Assembly (NCBI GenBank): GCA_020628935.1
Contig: JAHDEG010000007.1
Coordinates: forward strand, 47,878 to 111,877
Direction: 5' to 3'
DNA: 64,000 nt
DNA from: Flavobacteriales bacterium
Lineage (GTDB): Bacteria > Bacteroidota > Bacteroidia > Flavobacteriales_G > JALEGO01
The notes under the pieces are model-generated. The model was given only the letters and a program-made list of their open reading frames with translations. It searched no databases and had not been told where the DNA came from. The stretch's first letter is position 1. Every line of letters begins with the position of its first letter. The translations under genes were made by a program, and so were the position numbers. Of this stretch, positions 48,063-55,163 are shown one piece after another.

Positions 48063-50663
48063 ATGAAAAAACCATCAGAAATTGAAAGAGTAAGAGACTT
48101 AATCTCTTATCAAATTTTAGACACTGAATCAAACTCAGAATTTGACGAATTGGTAGATCTTGCTTCAGTTATTTGTGATGTACCGATGGCACTTGTTAGC
48201 TTACTCGATGATAAAAGACAGTGGTTTAAAGCTAAAAAAGGAATTGAAGTTCAAGAAACAGACAAAGAAATATCATTTTGCAAACATGCAATTCTAAGTG
48301 ATGAAATTTATGAAATAAATGATGCTCGAAACAATGACTTATTTAAAAACAACCCCCTTGTAACTCAAGAAACGAACCTCAGATTTTATGCAGGAGTTCC
48401 TTTGATAAATAAAAATGGAAATGCCTTAGGTACTGTTTGTGTTTTAGATAACAAACCAAAAGTACTGAATGAGTCTCAAAAGAAAGCCCTCAAAATAATA
48501 GGCAACCAGGTATTACTACTAATCGAAAAGCATAAAAAAGAGCTAGACTTTGATATTTATAAAAACTTTTTTGACAATACATCAAACTTACTTTGCATAC
48601 TGGACGAAAAAGAAAAATTTGAATTTGTAAATGATCACTTCACCTCTTCTTTAGGCTGGAAATTAAACGACATTTCAGCAATGCAATTCAATGACCTAGT
48701 TGATGAAAAAACAAATTTTGATTTTAATATTAAAAATTCTAATTCTAAAAAAACATCATTTAAAACAAGGTTTAAATCTTCAAAAGGAAATTGGGAGTAT
48801 GTAATTTGGAACGGCTTTTACACAAAGTCAAAACTATTATACCTAACAGGACAAAATGTTACTAAACGAGAAAAATTAGAAAATGAAAAAGCACTTATTT
48901 TAGATACTAGCCAAGATATTATCTGCACAGGTGATAAAAACGGGCGCTTTTTAAGCTCCAACGCAGCTATGAAAGCCATATTAGGCTATGATATTGAAGA
49001 TATTATTGGTCAAAAATGGAATAACTTTATTCTTGACGAAGACTTAAGTGTTGCTCAACAGTTTTTTGAAAGGCTTGTAGAATACAAGCAACCAGTAAAT
49101 AATGTAGAATTGAGATTTATTGATAAAAATAAATCCTTGAAAACAATATCTTGGAGTGCGACTTGGAATGAATTACAAAACCATTTCTTCGCCTTCGGTA
49201 GAGACATTACCTCAACCATTGATGCAGTAAGAGAAAGAGATAAACTATTCAAAAACTCTACAGATGTTATAATTGTAGCTACTGAACGTGGAGATATAGA
49301 AAGTACAAACCCAGCATTTCAAGAGTTAATCGGATATAGTGAAACAGAAATTAATGCTACAAACCTTTTTGATATTGTTAGTAAGCAAGATCAAAAAGTT
49401 CTTTCTGATGCAATTGCAAGCATGAAGCGTGGTATTAAAACAGATCAGCTTATTATTAATTTCACATCCAAAGACAATAAAACAGTAACGTTATCTATTA
49501 ACGCTTATATTGACTCTCAGTCGAAAAAATTCTTTTGTGTGGCAAGAGATGTAACATCCTCCGAAAAACAAAAACTTGATTTGATTGAAACCAACGCGAG
49601 GCTAAAAGCAATAACTGAGGCATTACCAGATGCTGCTTTCGTACTTAATAAAAATGGAAAATACATTGATGTAATAGTTAATAACGCTGATGTACTTGTT
49701 AAAAAAACAAGGTTTCTAATTGGCAAAACAATCAAAGAAGTAATGCCAGAAGAATCATGGCGACCAATTCAAGATGTAATTGATAAGTGCATTTCAGAAA
49801 ATAAAGTCCAAGAAATTGAATATACTGTCCCAATTAATGGAACCTTAAACTGGTTTGTTGGCCGGTGTGCGAAAATGTATACTAGTGATAACGAATTAGA
49901 CGCTGTCGTATGGATTGCTTACAACATAGAAAACATTAAACAGAGGGAACGTAAACTAGAAAAGCAAAAAATTATCATTGAAAAATACTCTAAAGAACTA
50001 GAACAGTTTGCTTACATAACAACGCACGATATTAAGGCACCAATCGATAATATTGAAGGCTATCTAGAACTTTTGAAAATGGATATTGAGCCTACAAATA
50101 CCGATGCGCTAAACAGCATCAATTGGATTGACCAGAGCGTTTTAGACACAAAAAGAATACTCTCAGACTTAACATATTCGCTAAAATTAGGAGAGGCCAA
50201 GAAAAAAAACTTTACAAAAATTAATCTTCAACAACTCGTTGATAGCATACTAAATAACCACTCTCACGAGATAACTACCCAAGGCATAGTAATTGGAGTT
50301 GATTTTCATGAGTGCGAAACTATTGAATATGATAAATCTGGTTTAAGAAGTATCTTAGATAACTTAATTTCAAATGCAATTAAATACAGAGATACCAATA
50401 GTGTTTCTGAACTAAAAATTAGTAGCACAAAGGCAAACAACAATATTGTATTATCTGTATCAGATAATGGATTAGGAATTAATCTCGAACAAGATAAAGA
50501 AAAATTGGAAGGATTGTTTCAAAGAATTAGCCAGAACATACCAGGCTCTGGAATGGGTATTTACATAATTAATAAAATACTCGAAAATTATGGAGGATCA
50601 CTAGAAGTTCAAAGTGAAGTAGGTGTAGGATCAACGTTTAAAATAGTACTCACTAATAATTAA
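48063..50663 (+). CDS. Cytoplasmic GAF-multiPAS sensor histidine kinase
   Basis: There is no TM segment. The N-terminal GAF domain reads ERVRDLISYQILDTESNSEFDELVDLASVICDVPMALVSLLDDKRQWFKAKKG...RFYAGVPL. About 475 aa follow with several PAS-like units. The H-box is ITTHDIKAPIDNIEGY, the N-box LISNAIKY, and the G-boxes VSDNGLGI and GSGMGIYI. Confidence 0.88.
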   Translation: MKKPSEIERVRDLISYQILDTESNSEFDELVDLASVICDVPMALVSLLDDKRQWFKAKKGIEVQETDKEISFCKHAILSDEIYEINDARNNDLFKNNPLVTQETNLRFYAGVPLINKNGNALGTVCVLDNKPKVLNESQKKALKIIGNQVLLLIEKHKKELDFDIYKNFFDNTSNLLCILDEKEKFEFVNDHFTSSLGWKLNDISAMQFNDLVDEKTNFDFNIKNSNSKKTSFKTRFKSSKGNWEYVIWNGFYTKSKLLYLTGQNVTKREKLENEKALILDTSQDIICTGDKNGRFLSSNAAMKAILGYDIEDIIGQKWNNFILDEDLSVAQQFFERLVEYKQPVNNVELRFIDKNKSLKTISWSATWNELQNHFFAFGRDITSTIDAVRERDKLFKNSTDVIIVATERGDIESTNPAFQELIGYSETEINATNLFDIVSKQDQKVLSDAIASMKRGIKTDQLIINFTSKDNKTVTLSINAYIDSQSKKFFCVARDVTSSEKQKLDLIETNARLKAITEALPDAAFVLNKNGKYIDVIVNNADVLVKKTRFLIGKTIKEVMPEESWRPIQDVIDKCISENKVQEIEYTVPINGTLNWFVGRCAKMYTSDNELDAVVWIAYNIENIKQRERKLEKQKIIIEKYSKELEQFAYITTHDIKAPIDNIEGYLELLKMDIEPTNTDALNSINWIDQSVLDTKRILSDLTYSLKLGEAKKKNFTKINLQQLVDSILNNHSHEITTQGIVIGVDFHECETIEYDKSGLRSILDNLISNAIKYRDTNSVSELKISSTKANNNIVLSVSDNGLGINLEQDKEKLEGLFQRISQNIPGSGMGIYIINKILENYGGSLEVQSEVGVGSTFKIVLTNN

Positions 50664-50667
50664 CAAA

Positions 50668-51045
50668 ATGAAAAAAATTGACTCAGCATTGATTATTGAC
50701 GATAGCCCAGCATTTATTAATTTGGTGAAAAAATATCTTCAAAAATTTAATTTGTGTGATACTTTTTTCGAGGCTACTAATGGAAAAGATGCACTAAGTT
50801 ATTTTAAGAAAGATAAGCTCCCGTCAGTAGTGTTTTTAGATATTAACATGCCCATTATGAATGGTTTTGATGTACTCGAAACACTTTCTTCAGAAAATAA
50901 AGATTACAGCTCATCTCATATTGTTATGATGTCATCATCCGTTTACAAGGAAGATATAAAACGTTCAAAAACGTTTCCTAATGTATCTTACTTTACTAAA
51001 CCTATAAACATTCAAAAAATAGAAGAAATTTGGAAAAAACTTTAA
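50668..51045 (+). CDS. Single-domain response regulator (REC only)
   Basis: REC signature residues: ALIIDDSPA, the acceptor VVFLDINMPIMNG, VMMSSS and YFTKP. Confidence 0.85.
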   Translation: MKKIDSALIIDDSPAFINLVKKYLQKFNLCDTFFEATNGKDALSYFKKDKLPSVVFLDINMPIMNGFDVLETLSSENKDYSSSHIVMMSSSVYKEDIKRSKTFPNVSYFTKPINIQKIEEIWKKL

Positions 51046-51053
51046 TAAAAATT

Positions 51054-51359
51054 ATGAAAATGGAAAAAAACAAAACTCAAGAACCAACTAATATTTCAAA
51101 ACTCGATGCAGTAAAAGAGCTGATTTTTGGTCAAAATATGCAAGAGTATGATCAAAAATTTGAAACGATTGAGCAATTAATAGATCAGAAATTTAAGCAA
51201 CTCACAGAACAACTAAATACATTAGAAAAAGCTAATAATTTAAACCTAGACCAAGCTAAATCTGAACTAAACAATAAGCTAGATCAACTATCAAATGATA
51301 AGTTAGATCGTTCAAAATTAGCCAATCTGCTTAGGTCTCTTGCAGATAAAATTGAATAA
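51054..51359 (+). CDS. Small coiled-coil protein (101 aa), unknown family
   Basis: It is K/E/Q/L/N-rich with heptad-like spacing (QKFETIEQLIDQKFKQLTEQLNTLEKANNLNLDQAKSELNNKLDQL). I prefer the ATG at 51054 over the TTG at 51030, which overlaps the upstream REC gene. Confidence 0.5.
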   Translation: MKMEKNKTQEPTNISKLDAVKELIFGQNMQEYDQKFETIEQLIDQKFKQLTEQLNTLEKANNLNLDQAKSELNNKLDQLSNDKLDRSKLANLLRSLADKIE

Positions 51360-52114
51360 TGATGAGTTCAACAGATCCATTTGAAGAACTTAAATCTATA
51401 ATCTTACAAGAAGAGCGAAAAAAAAATAATGCAATAACAGAAGATTTAAAAAATAAGCTACTCGATAAAATAAATAAGATAGAAAATGAATTAAATGACC
51501 CTAACAAATTTTCTACTAAAATTGAAGGCTCAAAAAATCAGATCATTGATGTTTTAGGCCCGGTAATGGGTAGGATGATTAAAAAATACATAGCTACCGA
51601 AATCGCAAAGCTAAATGATAACATTAGTTCACAAACCAATAAATTAACCTCCGCTCAATATTGGAAAGAGAAAATTTTCAAAAATAAGAAAACAGATATC
51701 ACTAAAATTAATCAACCAGAAATTGAAGAAATTTTAATGATTAATAAAGAGAGTGGTTTGCTTCTTGGTTGCTATATAAATAATGAACGATTAGATAAGG
51801 ATATGATAGCAGGCATGCTAACAGCGATTAAAGCATTCATGGAAGATACCTTCTCTAATAAAGCTCAAGAAGTTGGGTTTATTGAGTACAGCGACTACGG
51901 CATACTGCTTCACAGCCTTGGTTCATACTACTATTCAGTAGTGTTTTCTGGGAGGAAAAGTAAGCAATTTGAAGAGTTTATAATTAAAGAATTAAACACA
52001 TTCTCAGAAACACAGGTAGGTAATATAAATAAAAACAATAATGAAAACTTCAATGATAAAATGAAGTTATATTTTGAAAATACATGCAAGAAATTAAAAG
52101 AAAAATTGTTCTAA
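51359..52114 (+). CDS. Coiled-coil protein with a C-terminal Roadblock/LC7-like (longin-like) domain, putative GTPase partner
   Basis: The start overlaps the upstream stop (TAATG). The N-terminal ~110 aa are helical and charged. The C-terminal IEEILMINKESGLLLGCYINNERLDKDMIAGMLTAIKAFMEDTF...VGFIEYSDYGILLHSLGSYYYSVVFSGRKS...FEEFIIKEL follows the strand-strand-helix-strand-strand-strand-helix order expected for a Roadblock fold. This was judged by eye only. Confidence 0.45.
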   Translation: MMSSTDPFEELKSIILQEERKKNNAITEDLKNKLLDKINKIENELNDPNKFSTKIEGSKNQIIDVLGPVMGRMIKKYIATEIAKLNDNISSQTNKLTSAQYWKEKIFKNKKTDITKINQPEIEEILMINKESGLLLGCYINNERLDKDMIAGMLTAIKAFMEDTFSNKAQEVGFIEYSDYGILLHSLGSYYYSVVFSGRKSKQFEEFIIKELNTFSETQVGNINKNNNENFNDKMKLYFENTCKKLKEKLF

Positions 52115-52548
52115 TAGGTTGTAAAGGCGTTGGTAAAACATCTTTAATTAAAAAATTTGTACACAATCACTTTGATGAGAAGTATTTAAGTACCATTGGA
52201 GTTAAAGTAGACAAAAAAGAGGTTGTCATTGGAGATAATAACATATCACTTATATTGTGGGATGTTGCCGGAGAGCTACTAAACGATAGAATGTTATCCT
52301 CTTACACACTTGGAGCTCACGCTATTGTATATGTGCACGATCTAACAAGACCTGAAAGCTTCAATACCTGCTTGAGCACACTAGAAAAAATTAAGTGTGA
52401 TAAAAAAATAATAGTGGGAAATAAAACTGATTTAATTACTGCTAACAATAATAATTTTAGCACCAAATCCGATTACACAACAAGTGCGAAATCTGGTGAA
52501 GGAGTTGAAAAACTATTTCTAGAAATTGCTGAAAGCTCAATTAATTAA
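52084..52548 (+). CDS. Ras-superfamily (Rab-like) small GTPase
   Basis: G1 is LIGCKGVGKTS, switch I YLSTIGVKV, G3 LWDVAGE, G4 VGNKTDL and G5 TSAKSGEGVEKLF. The 154-aa product has no C-terminal Cys. The start overlaps the upstream gene by 31 nt. Confidence 0.85.
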   Translation: MQEIKRKIVLIGCKGVGKTSLIKKFVHNHFDEKYLSTIGVKVDKKEVVIGDNNISLILWDVAGELLNDRMLSSYTLGAHAIVYVHDLTRPESFNTCLSTLEKIKCDKKIIVGNKTDLITANNNNFSTKSDYTTSAKSGEGVEKLFLEIAESSIN

Positions 52549-52637
52549 ACTCACTGATCATAAGTAAGTTTCAATATGAATTAGTGAGTTAATAAATATT
52601 TTGAACATCCCACTCCCTTAATGACTTAACTACAAAA

Positions 52638-55130
52638 TTACTTGACTATCAAAAAGTGAAAATCCATTAGTGATGGATCTATGGATGAACCAGAAGGATT
52701 AAATAACTTTACTGTTACGAGGTCAGCAGACGATACATACGTTTGAGCAACAATTAAATTACCTAAGCTACCATTCGGAGAAACCGACACCGCAGAGCCA
52801 ATTTCGGCACCTGCAACAGTAAATGATTGTGTAAAAACTATTCCCGGATTAATACTAGGTACATCGCCTGCCACACTAACTTTTAGTATAGTTTGCAACT
52901 CACTACCGTTATCACCAACTTTTAATGTTCCATTATCTTTAATTGTAACATCACCATTTGTTACTAGGTCACCTGTAGCACCGTTAATTACTAATAGTGT
53001 ATCACCAACATTCACATTTTCATTAATATTTAGTGGACCATTAGATATAATTGAGTCAGTAAACGTTGAAACACCTAAAACAGAAATATTAGCATTATTT
53101 ATTACATCGCTCGAATTAGTTACAACACCAGTATTAGAAACTGTTCCGAAATTAGACACGGCATCGAAGTTAGAAACCACTCCAAAATTAGAAACTGCGT
53201 CAAATGTATTTACAGGAGATGAAAAACTGGCCGATTGAGAAAAAGTAGCTGTTGAATTTACTGAAAAAGAATTGCCTGACCCCGAACCAAATGAAGCATC
53301 TTCATTCACTGAAATACTAGATGCGCTGAATGAACCCGCGCTAAATGTATTTGCATTTAAGACATTAACATCAATGGTATCTATATCAGCTACATCAGCA
53401 TTTATATAATTGGTTATAGTGCTATCTAAATAACCTACATCAGAAGCTATAATTGAGGATTGTATAGTATCTGATACTATATTTTGAGCCTCTACATAAA
53501 CAGGAGTAATCGAGTCAGGATCAAAATCAAAATTGGTTGAATTAAATTCTAAATAATTTGCATAAATTGTATCTGAAGTAATTTGTTGAGCGGCAACATT
53601 ATCTACTTCCAACTCATCAACTCTAGCGGTATCAACTTCTAAAACCTCAACTGTAATTGAATCTGTCACAACCATGTTTGTAGTTATCCAATTTGAATTT
53701 ATCATATCAATAGTTGCATTTTGAGCATCTAATTCTTCAGTCTCTAACCAATTTGAAGCAATAGAATCAGCGCCTAATATGTTTGTTTCAATAGAATCAG
53801 AAACCAGCGCATCAATACTTGCTTGTGGAGCCTCAAACATATCAGCATAAAGCCAAACAGCATCTAACTCATTTGCACTTATTGTATTTACATTAATCGA
53901 ATCTGAAACTAGAACTACTGTGTTAATAGTGTCAGAAGTTAAGTTAGAAATGGTTCCTTGCTCAGAACTTAACATATTAGCATCTAACCAAACGGCATCT
54001 AACTCTCCTACTTCCAAAATATCAGTTTGAATAGAATCTGATGTTAATTCTGTTATTTCTCCCTGAGAAGAACTTAGCATATTGGCATTTAACCAAACTG
54101 CATCTAACTCGTTTACATTTAAAACATTAGTCTCTATAGAATCTGCAACTATGGTGTCAGCCAATAAAGAATTTACACTCCCCATTGAACCAACAAACTC
54201 ATCTGCTGAAATCCAGTTTACAGATAATGAGTCTACACCCAAAGAAATAACATTAAGAGAGTCGGCATTAATAACATTAAAAAATGATGTATTTGCATTT
54301 ATGTATGACATTGTAGCACTATCTCCATTTAGGTTAAGAACATCTATATGATCAGCATTTATAGAATCGGCTGATAAAAGCTCAGCTTCATAGTCTGCAG
54401 CACGTATACTTTGTGCCGTAATTGAATCAAAAGTTGCCGTTTCGCCTTCTAATTCAAAAATATAAGACGAAATTGCGTTTACAACTTCGGTAGATAAAGT
54501 ATCTGCAGTAATTGTTGTTGCAGATACAATTGTAACATTTACAGTATCTGATTCAATAACCCCAGCGACTATTTCATCAACACTAATAGTGCTAGAACCA
54601 GCCCAAATTCCGTTATTAAACGTAAGCAAGTTACCGTTTTGTATGTTGCTCGTATCTACGTCTAACAAATTACTAAGTGTAATGTATTCAATACCTGTAT
54701 TTAATGCCGTATCTGCTACCATCGCGTAAGGTACAGTTAACAATTGTGAAGTACCTACATCTTCCATTCCACTTGCAAAATCGACTTTTACATTTAAAAA
54801 ATGATCTGCAGTTCCCCAATCAATATCCTCAAAAGTAAAAGCAGAACCTGCTCCAGTGTTGGTGCCTGTTCCTATTACCACATTTAACAAGCCGTGGCTG
54901 TTGGTAGTAGTAATAAAGTTCTCTTGCCAAGCAACAGAGCCGTTAACACCACCTTCTAAAATATTCATTTGAATTAATAGGGTTCTATTAGGCTGAATTT
55001 CACCATCAGAGTCTCTTATAATACCTTGGTAGCTTATTCCGCTAGGTACTTGTGAGTATCCATTGTTTGTGATAGCTATAAATGCTACAAAAATTACGCT
55101 AAATAAAACTTTATTTAAAATTGTTCTCAT
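52638..55130 (-). CDS. Secreted fibre-like repeat protein (830 aa) with no recognisable T9SS sorting domain
   Basis: The ATG at 55130 gives the signal peptide MRTILNKVLFSVIFVAFIAITNNGYSQ. The N-domain is ISYQGIIRDSDGEIQPNRTLLIQMNILEGG..WQENF.TTTNSHGLLNVVIGTG. The central ~450 aa consist of degenerate (S/A)D(S/T)I-type short repeats, with three ELDAVWL(N/D/Y)A(N/D)M copies. The C-terminus has none of the type-A or type-B tail motifs seen in neighbouring genes. Confidence 0.6.
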   Translation of the reverse strand: MRTILNKVLFSVIFVAFIAITNNGYSQVPSGISYQGIIRDSDGEIQPNRTLLIQMNILEGGVNGSVAWQENFITTTNSHGLLNVVIGTGTNTGAGSAFTFEDIDWGTADHFLNVKVDFASGMEDVGTSQLLTVPYAMVADTALNTGIEYITLSNLLDVDTSNIQNGNLLTFNNGIWAGSSTISVDEIVAGVIESDTVNVTIVSATTITADTLSTEVVNAISSYIFELEGETATFDSITAQSIRAADYEAELLSADSINADHIDVLNLNGDSATMSYINANTSFFNVINADSLNVISLGVDSLSVNWISADEFVGSMGSVNSLLADTIVADSIETNVLNVNELDAVWLNANMLSSSQGEITELTSDSIQTDILEVGELDAVWLDANMLSSEQGTISNLTSDTINTVVLVSDSINVNTISANELDAVWLYADMFEAPQASIDALVSDSIETNILGADSIASNWLETEELDAQNATIDMINSNWITTNMVVTDSITVEVLEVDTARVDELEVDNVAAQQITSDTIYANYLEFNSTNFDFDPDSITPVYVEAQNIVSDTIQSSIIASDVGYLDSTITNYINADVADIDTIDVNVLNANTFSAGSFSASSISVNEDASFGSGSGNSFSVNSTATFSQSASFSSPVNTFDAVSNFGVVSNFDAVSNFGTVSNTGVVTNSSDVINNANISVLGVSTFTDSIISNGPLNINENVNVGDTLLVINGATGDLVTNGDVTIKDNGTLKVGDNGSELQTILKVSVAGDVPSINPGIVFTQSFTVAGAEIGSAVSVSPNGSLGNLIVAQTYVSSADLVTVKLFNPSGSSIDPSLMDFHFLIVK
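53113..53202. repeat. Five imperfect tandem copies of an 18-bp unit inside the 830-aa gene
   Basis: The units start at 53113, 53131, 53149, 53167 and 53185, with consensus rAAtTTAGAaACnnnnyCr. On the coding strand they give the hexapeptide repeats DAVSNF/GVVSNF/DAVSNF/GTVSNT/GVVTNS. Confidence 0.7.
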
Positions 55131-55163
55131 AATAATTAACAATTGAAGTGGGGACTAATTTTT

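Noticed and set aside
52549-52637. Possible terminator between the convergent GTPase and fibre-protein genes (aactcact ... agtgagtt)
   Set aside because: The 8-bp stem has a ~25-nt loop and no adjacent T-run, which is too weak to call.
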